From an uncultured bacterium (GTDB taxonomy: Bacteria > UBP14 > UBA6098 > B30-G16), in the NCBI GenBank assembly GCA_965552135.1, contig CBEVQY010000024.1:1-46836 (forward strand): DNA of 46,836 nucleotides. Reading direction: 5' to 3'. Shown piece by piece: positions 27,496 through 39,558 of this stretch; the first letter of the stretch is position 1, and each line of letters starts with the position of its first letter. The notes below the pieces were generated by a model that saw only the letters and a program-made list of their open reading frames with translations, ran no database searches and was not told the DNA's origin. The position numbers and the translations under genes were made by a program.

Positions 27496-30400
27496 ATGGC
27501 ATCGCGTTTTGTCGCTCTTGTTGTGTGTTTATTTCTTTTCTGTGCTGCCTTCGGCCTGGTGCAGCGCGGGGTCGACATTCCGCAGATAAGGGTCGAATAC
27601 CCCGAGCCCCTGCCGGCGCCGCAGGAGCTTTTGGCAAAGCTACGCCCGCTTTTCGGCGATCTGCTCCGCGTGAAGGTCGACCCCATAGGCGGGCAGGTTG
27701 TGCTTTTGGTATCGTCGCCGATACGCACCGGGGTTGCCGTGAACACCCGACAGGACGTCCAACGCGCGGCGCTTGTCTTCGCGCAAAGGTTCCCCGAGCT
27801 TTTTCCAACAGAACCCCAAAAGCTTTGCGTGGAGCGGTGCGAGAAGATAGGTCGTCACTGGTACGTCTCGCTCAGGCAGCGGGCTGGCGGCTACGACGCT
27901 TTGGGCTGCACCGCGGAGCTCAGGATAAACACACGCGGCGAGGTGTTCCTGTTCCGAAGCACCTTAAAGCCGCTCAGGCTCCAAAGCCTCAATGTCTCGC
28001 TCACCGACCAGGACGCCATATCGGCGGCGCTTGAGTACCTCGGCGCCTCCCAGGGCGATGTGCTTGTGTGCAAGCTCGCCGTCGCAGCCATACCTGATGC
28101 CGACTCATACCAGGGGAGGCTCGTTTGGTGGCTGAGGCTCCGCACGAAGGAGCCTTTGGGGCTTTGGTGCTTTTGGATCGACGCTGGAAGCGGCGAGATT
28201 TTGCGCGCAACAGACGAGATGCCGACGCTTACGGGAACGATAACGGGTCAGTACAAGCCCAACTACATCGACGAGCCGTCGGAGGAGGGGGTCTTCCCGC
28301 ACCTTTACCTCTCCGTCGACGGCGACCCGGGCTACACCGACAGCACAGGGAGCTACGACCTCGGAAACCCAACGGGAAGCCACACGTTTTACACAATCCT
28401 GCACGGCAGGTACTGCAGGATCGAGGACAACGACTACCCCACCTCCAGCCACAGCACAACGGTAAGCGGCGAAAGCTTCGACTTTTTCTGGACAACGGAC
28501 CACGGGCGGGAAAACCAGCTCAACCTCTACTACCACACCAATTGGATACACAACTACGTGAAGTATTTTCTTGGCTTTTCGGGGATGGACTACGCGATGC
28601 CCGCCCGCGTGAACGACCCCTACGACCCCGACAACGCTTACTACGACGGCGAAGGAATCAACTTCGGCGGGGGTGGAACGTACTTCTACGATATGGCGAT
28701 GTTCTCCGACGTGATCTACCACGAATACACCCACGGCGTGACGCATCATATATACCCTTACGATTTGCTCCCCTACTATGGGCAGAGTGGGGCTTTAGAT
28801 GAAGCATTTTCGGACTATTTCCCCTGCTCCATCCACGACGATCAATACATGGGTGAGCACTGCTTTCGGGAAGGACCGTCGCTTTATATGCGGAACCTGA
28901 GCAACAGCCTCCGCTACCCGGACGACTACGTCAACGAGGTGCACCACGACTCGCAGATAATCTCCGGCGCGTGGTGGGAGATTCGCCGCGAGCTTGGCGC
29001 CGGATACACCGACTCGCTTGTGCATCTGGCAAGGTTCGGCTACCCGAACGACTTCGAATCTTTCCTTTACGAGATGCTCGCCGTCGACGATGACGACGGG
29101 AACCTCGACAACGGCACCCCCAACGCCGGGGTTATATACACAGCCTATCACCGCCACGGCATAGGTCCGGACACGCTGCTTGCCGTAGATCACACGCCAC
29201 TGCACGACACCGAGGACACAACGGGCAGCTACGAGGTTACGGCGAGGGTTGTTGCGCTCCTTGGGATCGACTCGATTGCGCTCTGCTATCGCGTTGACTG
29301 GTCGCCTTGGGAGTGCATCGAGATGACGCCGGTCCTCAACGTTTGGCGCAGCTTTATACCTGCTCAGCCGCTTGGAAGCTACGTCCATTACTACATCTAC
29401 GTTGAGGACAACGCGGGCAACTACGTGACCTCGCCCGAGGGAGCGCCCGTCAACTTCCACCACTTCCGCGTCGCGCTGGATACGATACCTCCCACGGTGG
29501 AGCATCTGCCGATCCTGCGCGGATGCTCGACGTCGTGGCCGCCCGTGGTGTTCGCAAAAATAGACGACAACGGATCAGTTGCGGAAGCCTATATAGAGTA
29601 TCGACTCAACGGCGTGCCGCAGCCGAACGTCTCGATGTCCTACGACGAGGAAAGGGACGGTTGGGTTGGCAGGTTCGAGTGCGATGTTCTGCCCGGCGAC
29701 GAAATATCCTACTGCATCCACGCCGTCGACAATTCGCACTCGGCGAACGAAACGGTCTTCCCATCGTCCGAGGTCTGGATAACCTTCCCCGTCGTTTTGG
29801 GATATTTCGACGACATAGAAAGCGGCGGATACGACTTCACCCACCAGGTCGTAACGCCGGGCTTTCTGGACCAGTGGCATCTTTCCACTGCACGCACGCA
29901 TTCCGGCACCTACAGCTTCAAGTGCGGAGGTTCGGGCACATCCGACTACGACGATCAGGTCGACGCCGCGCTGGTGACGCCGCCAATAAGCGTTTTCTGG
30001 GGCGATACTCTGTCGTTCTATCACTGGGCTGAGATAGAGACCTCCACGGCGTACAGCGGCTACGCCTGGGACGGCGGGGTAATTGAGGCGAGCACCGACG
30101 GCGGGCTGACCTGGGTGCAGCTTTCGCCCATCGGCGGCTACCCCTTCAGGATACGCAACAACCCCGAGTCGCCCTTCCCTGCCGAAACGCCCTGCCTCGC
30201 CGGAAGGAGAAACTGGGAGGAGATCCGCGTGCCTATCCTTTTCGCCTGCGATCACGCGCAGTTTCGCTTCCACTTCGGCAGCGACGGCGCCGTAACCTAC
30301 GAAGGCTGGTACATCGACGACGTCCGCGTGACAACCCGCAGCACCGCCGTCCTCGAGCGCTTTGGATGGAAACCGGAAAAACTTGCGATCACCGCCTTCC

Positions 30401-30639
30401 CTAACCCTTTCAACTCGGCGCTTAAGCTAAACCTCTTCGTCCCATCGCCGGGGAGGATCGAGGTCGTGGCAAGGGACGTGACGGGCAGGGTGGTTGCCCG
30501 GCTCTTCGAGGGATCCGTCAGCGCGGGGATCCTGAGCCTTTCGTGGCGCCCGCAGAAAACGCTTCCCGGCGGGATGTACGTCATTTCGCTTTCCGGCTCG
30601 GGCGCAAAGGCGTCCACGAAGGTGCTTTTGGTCAAGTAA
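27496..30639 (+). CDS. Secreted thermolysin/fungalysin-like (M4/M36) zinc metallopeptidase with FTP/PepSY propeptide, accessory domains and T9SS-like tail
   Basis: AGGAGG RBS; signal peptide; DNAYYDG, HEYTH...GALDEAFSDYF and EVHHDS motifs; STDGGLTW accessory domain; FPNPFN...GMYVISL...KVLLVK tail. Confidence 0.9.
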   Translation: MASRFVALVVCLFLFCAAFGLVQRGVDIPQIRVEYPEPLPAPQELLAKLRPLFGDLLRVKVDPIGGQVVLLVSSPIRTGVAVNTRQDVQRAALVFAQRFPELFPTEPQKLCVERCEKIGRHWYVSLRQRAGGYDALGCTAELRINTRGEVFLFRSTLKPLRLQSLNVSLTDQDAISAALEYLGASQGDVLVCKLAVAAIPDADSYQGRLVWWLRLRTKEPLGLWCFWIDAGSGEILRATDEMPTLTGTITGQYKPNYIDEPSEEGVFPHLYLSVDGDPGYTDSTGSYDLGNPTGSHTFYTILHGRYCRIEDNDYPTSSHSTTVSGESFDFFWTTDHGRENQLNLYYHTNWIHNYVKYFLGFSGMDYAMPARVNDPYDPDNAYYDGEGINFGGGGTYFYDMAMFSDVIYHEYTHGVTHHIYPYDLLPYYGQSGALDEAFSDYFPCSIHDDQYMGEHCFREGPSLYMRNLSNSLRYPDDYVNEVHHDSQIISGAWWEIRRELGAGYTDSLVHLARFGYPNDFESFLYEMLAVDDDDGNLDNGTPNAGVIYTAYHRHGIGPDTLLAVDHTPLHDTEDTTGSYEVTARVVALLGIDSIALCYRVDWSPWECIEMTPVLNVWRSFIPAQPLGSYVHYYIYVEDNAGNYVTSPEGAPVNFHHFRVALDTIPPTVEHLPILRGCSTSWPPVVFAKIDDNGSVAEAYIEYRLNGVPQPNVSMSYDEERDGWVGRFECDVLPGDEISYCIHAVDNSHSANETVFPSSEVWITFPVVLGYFDDIESGGYDFTHQVVTPGFLDQWHLSTARTHSGTYSFKCGGSGTSDYDDQVDAALVTPPISVFWGDTLSFYHWAEIETSTAYSGYAWDGGVIEASTDGGLTWVQLSPIGGYPFRIRNNPESPFPAETPCLAGRRNWEEIRVPILFACDHAQFRFHFGSDGAVTYEGWYIDDVRVTTRSTAVLERFGWKPEKLAITAFPNPFNSALKLNLFVPSPGRIEVVARDVTGRVVARLFEGSVSAGILSLSWRPQKTLPGGMYVISLSGSGAKASTKVLLVK

Positions 30640-30646
30640 AAGCCGC

Positions 30647-31645
30647 CTAAACCGCCTGTGACTGCAGGAGGGATATGGCGGCGACGTTCACGATGTCCTC
30701 GACCGAGCATCCGCGGGAAAGGTCGTTGAACGGCTTAGCCAAACCCTGGATTATTGGACCTATCGCCTCGGCTCCCGCCATACGCTGAACGAGCTTGTAG
30801 GCTATGTTTCCCGCGTCGAGGTCGGGGAAAATAAGCACGTTGGCTTTGCCGCCTATGGGCGAGTCGGGCGCCTTTTTCTTCGCCACATCGGGGACGATGG
30901 CAGCATCGGCCTGGAGCTCGCCGTCGACGACAAGCTCCGGGTGCGCGGCACGGACAAGCTCCGTAGCCCTGACGACCTTGTCCACGTCGGCGTGTTTGGC
31001 GCTGCCCTTCGTGGAAAACGAGAGCAAAGCCACCATAGGCTCCTTGCCCACAAGCTGCTTGAACGTTACCGCCGATGCGAAGGCGATGGAGGCAAGCTGC
31101 TCGGCGCTCGGCTGCGGAACGACCGCGCAGTCAGCGAAGATAAAGGACTTTTCGCCATCGCCCAGGAAATCTGGAACCACCATGAGGAAGCACCCCGAAA
31201 CCACCGAAACGCCCGGCGCCGTTCCGATGCAGTGTATGGCGGCGCGCAGGACGTTGGCTGTCGTGTTCTTGGCACCCGCTACGGCGGCGCTGGCATAGCC
31301 ATCGCGAACAAGCATCGCGCCCCAGTAAAGCGGATTCTCCAAAAGCCTTTTAGCCTGGTAGAGCGTAAGCCCCTTGTGCCTCCGCAGGTTCCAAAGCTCC
31401 ATGGCGAAGTCGTTTCTGCGTGGGTCGGATTTGGGATCGGAGATCTCGGCGCCCGATATATCGGCGCCCTCGCGCTCCGCAAGGCTTAAAACCTCATCCT
31501 TGGTGCCCACAATTATCACGCGGGCAAGACCCTCCTCAAGGATCATCTCCGCTGCGTGGAGCGTTCTGGGCTCGTCGCCCTCAGGGAGAACCACTGTGCC
31601 GCCAAGGCGCCTCGCACGATCGCGTATGTCGGACAATACCCCCAT
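30647..31645 (-). CDS. pta: Phosphate acetyltransferase
   Basis: [46 protein letters not shown] and NDLSRGCS motifs. Confidence 0.96.
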   Translation of the reverse strand: MGVLSDIRDRARRLGGTVVLPEGDEPRTLHAAEMILEEGLARVIIVGTKDEVLSLAEREGADISGAEISDPKSDPRRNDFAMELWNLRRHKGLTLYQAKRLLENPLYWGAMLVRDGYASAAVAGAKNTTANVLRAAIHCIGTAPGVSVVSGCFLMVVPDFLGDGEKSFIFADCAVVPQPSAEQLASIAFASAVTFKQLVGKEPMVALLSFSTKGSAKHADVDKVVRATELVRAAHPELVVDGELQADAAIVPDVAKKKAPDSPIGGKANVLIFPDLDAGNIAYKLVQRMAGAEAIGPIIQGLAKPFNDLSRGCSVEDIVNVAAISLLQSQAV

Positions 31646-31845
31646 ATCCCTCCCTCCGTCGACGACAAAACTTATTTAAACGAATCGTTGCTCGAATGAC
31701 AAGTTCGTATTTTTAAAATAGCTTCGATCTGAGCGCAGGCGTGCGAAGAGCCGTGTTTAGCACAACCGGAGGCGGCGGTCCTCCGCGCCCGGCAGATAGG
31801 CAAAGCCTGGCGCCGGGGCAGAAACTCTCGCAGGGAGGTAAGAGG

Positions 31846-33899
<2,054 letters not shown>

Positions 33900-33916
33900 T
33901 TATGCCTCCTTGAAGC

Positions 33917-34765
33917 TTAAGCCCTCTTGCCAACCCTCTCCCTGTAAAGTCTGAGAGAAAGCCTCTCCTGAGGGATAAACCTTGCGTTCCTTTTCATAAG
34001 CTCTTCCCAGTCGACGAGGTGACCGTCGAACTCCGGTCCGTCGACGCAGGCAAAAGCCGTCTTGCCGCCAACCGTAACCCTGCAAGAACCACACATCCCC
34101 GTACCGTCGACCATTATGGTGTTGAGGCTAACGTAGGTCTTCACGTCGTACTTCTTGGTGACGTCGCAGACAACCTTCATCATTATCGCCGGACCTATCG
34201 CCAAGACGTAGGCTATCTCGTCTGCGCGCTCCTTGAGGATGTCGTCGAGCTGGTCGGTGACGAAGCCCTTCCTGCCGTAAGAGCCGTCGTCGGTGGTGAC
34301 GTAGTACTCGTCGGAGTACTGGCGCATCCTCTCCTCCCAGAACACAAGGTCCTTCGTCCTGGCGCCCTGAATCGTTATCGTGTAGTTGCCGTGCTGCTTT
34401 ATGTTCCTAAGCTCGGGGAAGACCACGGCGGTTCCAACGCCGCCTGCTACACAAACGACCTTGCCCTCCTCCTTCTTCCCGTGGATCGTCGGCTTGCCCA
34501 GGGGACCAACGAAATCGGCGATAAAGTCTCCCTCGCTCAGGGTGGCGAGCTCCTCGGTGGTCTTGCCGACCTCCTGGAAGACTATGGTCGTTGTGCCCTT
34601 ATCCCTGTCGAAGTCCGCTATGGTAAGCGGGATGCGCTCCCCTTTCTCGTGAATGCGAAGGATTATAAACTGCCCGGGCTGCGCCTTGCGGGCAACGAGG
34701 GGAGAATCGATCTCCATAAGGTTGATCCCCGGAGCCAAGACCTCCTTGCGAACTATTTTATACAT
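33917..34765 (-). CDS. nfnA: NfnA/SudB small subunit (FAD/NAD-binding, [2Fe-2S])
   Basis: PGQFIILR..GERIPLTIAD, GPLGKP and MVDGTGMCGSCRV...ACVDGPEF motifs; GGAGG RBS. Alternative start TTG at 34771. Confidence 0.92.
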   Translation of the reverse strand: MYKIVRKEVLAPGINLMEIDSPLVARKAQPGQFIILRIHEKGERIPLTIADFDRDKGTTTIVFQEVGKTTEELATLSEGDFIADFVGPLGKPTIHGKKEEGKVVCVAGGVGTAVVFPELRNIKQHGNYTITIQGARTKDLVFWEERMRQYSDEYYVTTDDGSYGRKGFVTDQLDDILKERADEIAYVLAIGPAIMMKVVCDVTKKYDVKTYVSLNTIMVDGTGMCGSCRVTVGGKTAFACVDGPEFDGHLVDWEELMKRNARFIPQERLSLRLYRERVGKRA

Positions 34766-34795
34766 TTGCAACCTCCGTTTTTGTCACAGCGGACA

Positions 34796-34875
34796 AAGAT
34801 ATCGCTGGCGCGGTGTGGGCGCAAACGAAAATCGCCCTGCGCACGCTTGACCGAACAGGTCGCCGCAGTTAGCTT
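34796..34875. promoter_or_regulatory. Back-to-back promoters: TTGCGC-N17-TATCTT (minus, nfnAB, 34796-34824) and TTGACC-N17-TAGCTT (plus, mrdA, 34847-34875)
   Basis: Both have exact 17-nt spacing. The mrdA -10 box ends 7 nt before ATG 34883 with no SD. Confidence 0.55.
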
Positions 34876-34882
34876 TCTTGCG

Positions 34883-36685
34883 ATGAAGCACTACACCTCC
34901 ACAGAAAGCTTCTTGATGCAAAATCGCAGCAAGGTCTTTCTGGCGCTTCTTACGGCTTTTGTCGTCGCGATACTGGCAAGGCTTGTGTACCTTCAGCTTG
35001 TGGAGCACGAGTACTACTACACCCTCTCGGAGCGCAACAGGATAAGGGTTCTTCCCGTTTCTGCGGCTCGCGGCAGGATACTCGACCGCAACGGCACCGT
35101 CCTCGTCGACAACGCGCCAACCTACACCGTCTCGATCATGCCGTTCGAATTCACGGGCGACACAGCCGTCGTCGAGAGGCTCGCGAAGCTGCTCAACTTA
35201 GACCCACAGGTGATATGGGAAAAGTACAACAAAACCAAAAGGATCCGCTATCTTCCCGTCAGGCTCAAGCGCAGGGTGAGCTTTGCTGTGGTAAGCGAGA
35301 TCGAGGAGCGTGCTTCGGACTTCCCTGGGGTTGTGTGCCAGGTCGAGCCCGTGAGGCGCTATCCTCTTGGGAAGATTGCGCCGCACATTCTGGGCTACGT
35401 CGGCGAGGTGAGCGCGGCTGAGCTTAGGGAGAGATATCGCGAGGGGATAAAGGCGGGCGACATTGTGGGCAAGCAGGGGGTTGAGCGCTATTTCGACAAC
35501 GTTTTGCGCGGCAAAGACGGCGCAAAATTCCTCGAGGTCGCTGCAAACGGCGAAGTGGTTGGACCCGTTCGCGACAGGCGCGACATCCCGCCGCAAAACG
35601 GAGCCGACATCGTCCTCACAATCGACGCCGACCTCCAGCGCTTCGTCGAAAGCCTTTGCAAGTACTTCACCGAAGGCGCCATCGTCGTCCTCGACCCCGA
35701 AAACGGCGACATCTTAGCCGCCGCCTCCACCCCCGACTTCGACCCACAGGTCTTCACAAAGCCCATAAGCGACACCACGTGGGCAAAGCTCAACAACCCT
35801 AAAACCCACCCGATGCTTTGCCGATGGTACCAGGGGACATATCCTCCCGCCTCGCCCCTCAAGATACTTGCGGCTGCAGCTGCCGTCGACGAGAACATAG
35901 CAAGCGCATACTCGTACATGGAGTATCCCTGCTGGGGCGCGATGCAGTACGGCGACCGCTGGTTCTTCTGCTGGAACCGCGCCGGACACGGACACCTCGA
36001 CCTGCTCGAAGCCATCGCACAATCGTGCGACGTCTACTTCTATCAGGTCGGCGCAAAGCTTGGACTGGACACGTGGTCGGAGTACACCAGGGCGTGCTTC
36101 TTCGGCGAGCCCACGGGTGTGGAGCTTCCCCACGAGGCATCGGGTCTTGTTCCCGACAGGGACTACTACAACGTTCGCTACGGCAGGCGCGGCTGGGGCG
36201 CGGGCGTTGTGCTCAATCTCGTGATCGGTCAGGGCGAGATGCTCGTCACGCCGCTGCAGGTGGCGCAGTTCTTCGCCGCCATAGCCAACGGCGGAACGGT
36301 CTGGAAGCCGCGCATAGTCAAGGAGATCCACCCGCCGCTGCGGCACAGGTTGATCCTGCCGCCTCAGCGCAGAGGAAGATTGCCATTCTCAGGGCAGGCA
36401 ATAAAGACGGTCGTTGAGGGGATGATTCGCACCTGCAACGAGGAGTGGGCGACGGGATTCGGCGCCCATATGGACGACATCGTCGTTGCCGGCAAAACCG
36501 GTACGGCGCAGAACCCCCACGGCGCCGACCACGCCTGGTTCGTCAGCTTCGCTCCCGCCAAAGACCCCGAGATAGTCTCCGTCGTCCTCGTCGAGGCCGG
36601 CGGATCAGGCGGCGCATGGGCGTGGCTCGCAAAAATGCTTTACGACTACTACTTCCACTACTGGAAGTTCGACCACGCCCCGTAG
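34883..36685 (+). CDS. mrdA: Penicillin-binding protein 2
   Basis: N-terminal TM helix; ARGRILDRNG dimerisation domain; catalytic SPLK (SxxK), SCD and KTGTAQ motifs. The track ORF's extension to 34019 is the antisense of nfnA. Confidence 0.93.
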   Translation: MKHYTSTESFLMQNRSKVFLALLTAFVVAILARLVYLQLVEHEYYYTLSERNRIRVLPVSAARGRILDRNGTVLVDNAPTYTVSIMPFEFTGDTAVVERLAKLLNLDPQVIWEKYNKTKRIRYLPVRLKRRVSFAVVSEIEERASDFPGVVCQVEPVRRYPLGKIAPHILGYVGEVSAAELRERYREGIKAGDIVGKQGVERYFDNVLRGKDGAKFLEVAANGEVVGPVRDRRDIPPQNGADIVLTIDADLQRFVESLCKYFTEGAIVVLDPENGDILAAASTPDFDPQVFTKPISDTTWAKLNNPKTHPMLCRWYQGTYPPASPLKILAAAAAVDENIASAYSYMEYPCWGAMQYGDRWFFCWNRAGHGHLDLLEAIAQSCDVYFYQVGAKLGLDTWSEYTRACFFGEPTGVELPHEASGLVPDRDYYNVRYGRRGWGAGVVLNLVIGQGEMLVTPLQVAQFFAAIANGGTVWKPRIVKEIHPPLRHRLILPPQRRGRLPFSGQAIKTVVEGMIRTCNEEWATGFGAHMDDIVVAGKTGTAQNPHGADHAWFVSFAPAKDPEIVSVVLVEAGGSGGAWAWLAKMLYDYYFHYWKFDHAP

Positions 36686-36711
36686 AGTGGCGCCTCGGGC
36701 GGACCAAAATC

Positions 36712-36740
36712 TTGCCAAAAGCAGTCGCGGGCGATATCTT
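36712..36740 (+). promoter_or_regulatory. Putative promoter TTGCCA-N17-TATCTT for hutI-lptE
   Basis: Canonical spacing, followed by a GGAGGTG RBS. Confidence 0.55.
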
Positions 36741-36760
36741 TTCCCGCTGGAGGTGATGCT

Positions 36761-38020
36761 ATGTTCCTTGTGGACAGGATAGGCGAGCTTTTGACGATGG
36801 ATGTGGGCGGCGGTGCGCCGCTGCGCAAAAGCGATATGGCTCTCCCCGGCGCCGTAGAGGACGCCGCCCTGGTCATCGCCGACGGAAGAATCGCCGACTA
36901 CGGCAAAAGGGACGAAATCCTCGCAAGATACGAGGGCGAAATTCGCGACTCGGTCGACGCAGGCGGAGCACTCGTGACGCCAGGTCTCGTCGACCCCCAC
37001 ACACACGCCGTCTTCATCGCCCCACGCGAGCTCGAGTTCGAAATGAGGATCAAGGGGCGAACGTATATGGAGATCGCCAAGCTCGGCGGAGGGATACTAA
37101 GCAGCACCGAGGCGGTCAGGAAGGCGAGCGAGGAGGAGCTTCTTAAGGCTGCGCTTTTGCGGTTTGAGATGATGCTTTCACACGGCGTGACGACGGTCGA
37201 GGTAAAAAGCGGCTACGGCCTCGAAACCGACGCCGAGCTTAAGATGCTGCGCGTGATACGGAAGCTCTCGGAGATGGTCGCGCAGGATATCGTTCCAACC
37301 TTCCTCGGCGCCCACGAGGTCCCCCAGGAGTTCCGCCCCGACCGCAAGAGCGAGTACGTCGACCTCGTGATAAACGAAATGCTGCCTAAGGTCGCACAGG
37401 AGGGTCTTGCGCAGTACTGCGACGTCTTCTGCGAGGAGGACGTTTTCGACCTCGAGGACTCGCGCAAGATCCTTATGGCGGCAAAGTCGCTTGGGCTTGG
37501 CATCAAGCTCCACGCGGATGAGCTAAGCCCCCTCGGCGGCTCGGAGCTTGGGGTCGAACTCGGCGCCCGAAGCGTGGACCATATAGTCGAGATATCCGAC
37601 ATAGGCGTCACCCTGCTTGCGGCGTCCGACACCGCGGCGGTGCTTCTGCCCGGAACAACCTTCTTCCTTGGCAAAACCAAATACGCCCCAGCACGAAGAC
37701 TTGTGGACGAAGGCGCAATAGTGGCGCTGGCAACCGATTTCAACCCGGGATCATCGCCCACAACAAACCTGCCGCTTGTGATGTCCATCGCCTGCACGCA
37801 GATGAGGCTCACCCCCGCAGAAGCATGGTCCGCGGCAACAATTAACGCCGCATACGCCATCGGAATGGAAAAGCTCGTCGGAAGCATAACCAAAGGCAAA
37901 CAGGCGGACATAATCATATGGGACGCAGAAAACCACAGGCAGGTGCCCTACTTCTACGGCGAAAACCTCGTCGATATCGTCATAAAGAAGGGAAAGATAG
38001 TTTGGCGAAAGAGGTTTTAA
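36761..38020 (+). CDS. hutI: Imidazolonepropionase
   Basis: PGLVDPHTH, EVKSGYGL, TFLGAHEVP, KLHADE and LATDFNPGSSP motifs. Confidence 0.96.
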   Translation: MFLVDRIGELLTMDVGGGAPLRKSDMALPGAVEDAALVIADGRIADYGKRDEILARYEGEIRDSVDAGGALVTPGLVDPHTHAVFIAPRELEFEMRIKGRTYMEIAKLGGGILSSTEAVRKASEEELLKAALLRFEMMLSHGVTTVEVKSGYGLETDAELKMLRVIRKLSEMVAQDIVPTFLGAHEVPQEFRPDRKSEYVDLVINEMLPKVAQEGLAQYCDVFCEEDVFDLEDSRKILMAAKSLGLGIKLHADELSPLGGSELGVELGARSVDHIVEISDIGVTLLAASDTAAVLLPGTTFFLGKTKYAPARRLVDEGAIVALATDFNPGSSPTTNLPLVMSIACTQMRLTPAEAWSAATINAAYAIGMEKLVGSITKGKQADIIIWDAENHRQVPYFYGENLVDIVIKKGKIVWRKRF

Positions 38021-38478
38021 TTCTGCTTTCGGCAGCGCTCGTCATCTCGGGCTGCTGGTACTCCTTCTCCGAGCGAGCCTTCCCGCACATAAAGACTGTT
38101 GGAGTCGTCCCGTTCGAGAACGAAACGCAGGAGTACGACGTCGCCTCCTACGCGACCGAGCTTTTGACGCAAAAGCTTTCGGGCTCAAGCACCTACGAGC
38201 TGGCATCGCCCGAAGCCGCAGACGCTTTCGTCAAGGGCAGAATAACGTCCTACGAGCGCAAGGTGAACACATACGACGAAAACGAAAACCCCATAGACTA
38301 CGTTGTGCGCGTGAGGGCAACCGTCTCCTTTGTGGAGCGCGCGACGGAGCGAATCCTCTGGCAGGCGACGGTGGAGGGCTACCACTTCTTCCCTGCGGAC
38401 GGCGACGAAAGCGAAGCCAAAAAGCACGCAGTCGAAATGCTTATAGAAAAGATCTACGACCGCCTGCGGAGCGGCTAA
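38002..38478 (+). CDS. LptE-like outer-membrane lipoprotein
   Basis: Lipobox VISGC followed by YSFS...IKTVGVVPFENET; TTG start overlapping the end of hutI. Confidence 0.75.
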   Translation: MAKEVLILLSAALVISGCWYSFSERAFPHIKTVGVVPFENETQEYDVASYATELLTQKLSGSSTYELASPEAADAFVKGRITSYERKVNTYDENENPIDYVVRVRATVSFVERATERILWQATVEGYHFFPADGDESEAKKHAVEMLIEKIYDRLRSG

Positions 38479-39182
38479 AGCCCCTCGCAAACGTAAAACA
38501 CAACGTTGTTCGCCAAAGGACCCAAAAGCGGAAAAGGGCTTGCGACGCGCCTTTTTATCCTGAAAAAATCCGCCACCTTTCGCTCAAACTTCCGATAGTC
38601 GAAGCCTATGTGGGAGAAGATGTAGGGCATCCCGTCGAGGTCTTTTGGTTTTGGTCTTCGGCAGGGCAAGCCCAAAGCCGAGCGGACGAAGCCCCTGAGT
38701 GTGATCCCCTCCCTGTTGCCGAAAAGCCACCTAAACGCGTTCTTCACCACCGCCGGCGGACCGATCTCAACGGGAACGCTGAGAAGCGCAAGCCCACCGG
38801 GCGCAAGCAACGAGGCTATCTCCGCAAGCGCCTCCTCCACATCGCCGGGGGGAAGATGCTCCAAAACCTCAAGGCAGGTCACTTTGCTGAATTTCTCGTT
38901 GCGCAGAACGGATGTGTCGCTTATTATTCTCACGCCCTTTTGCTGCAGCGTTTCGGTGAGCTTCCGCATGGATGGGGCGGGCTCGTAGCCGGCAAGCCTT
39001 TGCGGAGGAAGCACAGCTAAGGCCATCTGAAGGAGTGCTCCGTCGCCGCAGCCGTAATCGAGGAGGGTGTCGTTGGGCGAAAGCTCAAGAAGCCTTAGGG
39101 CATCTGCGAGGCGCTTTCGGTGCGCCCAGCGCTTCGGACCAAAGCACGAACCATATGTGTAGGCAGCGTAATCGTCCACCAC
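38475..39182 (-). CDS. Class I SAM-dependent methyltransferase
   Basis: LLDYGCGDG, CLEVLEHL and LLAPGG motifs. Confidence 0.88.
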   Translation of the reverse strand: MVDDYAAYTYGSCFGPKRWAHRKRLADALRLLELSPNDTLLDYGCGDGALLQMALAVLPPQRLAGYEPAPSMRKLTETLQQKGVRIISDTSVLRNEKFSKVTCLEVLEHLPPGDVEEALAEIASLLAPGGLALLSVPVEIGPPAVVKNAFRWLFGNREGITLRGFVRSALGLPCRRPKPKDLDGMPYIFSHIGFDYRKFERKVADFFRIKRRVASPFPLLGPLANNVVFYVCEGL

Positions 39183-39230
39183 TCATATCTGAGCCAAAGA
39201 CGCCGCCGTGTCAAGCCCGGAGGTCGACAG

Positions 39231-39539
39231 GTGCGCATAAAGGAACATCCCATACTCGAGTTTCGCCGCGGGCGCAGAGTTAAGTTCTTCTTCGAGGGGC
39301 AGGAGATGTACGGCTACGAGGGCGAACCAATAGCCGCAGCCCTGCACGACAACGGCGTGAAGGTTCTCAGGTACTCCCTGCGGCACAAAAGACCGCGCGG
39401 GTTCTTCTGCGCCATAGGCAAGTGCTCATCGTGCCTTATGGAGGTCGACGGCATACCCAACATAAGGACGTGCATAACCCCCCTGCGCGAGGGCATGGTA
39501 GTGCGAAGACAGGAAGGGAAAGGCAAACTAAAGCTCTGA
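39231..39539 (+). CDS. Stand-alone [2Fe-2S] protein (Fer2_4; sarcosine oxidase alpha / proline dehydrogenase small subunit-like)
   Basis: GGAGG RBS plus GTG 39231; GEPIAAAL, RPRGFFCAIGKCSSCLMEVDG..RTC motifs. Confidence 0.88.
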   Translation: MRIKEHPILEFRRGRRVKFFFEGQEMYGYEGEPIAAALHDNGVKVLRYSLRHKRPRGFFCAIGKCSSCLMEVDGIPNIRTCITPLREGMVVRRQEGKGKLKL

Positions 39540-39558
39540 CGCCCCGGCTCTTATCGAC

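Noticed and set aside
34019..34882. Apparent 288-aa N-terminal extension of PBP2 (888-aa ORF)
   Set aside because: It overlaps nfnA on the opposite strand. A promoter-like motif and the TM anchor support ATG 34883.
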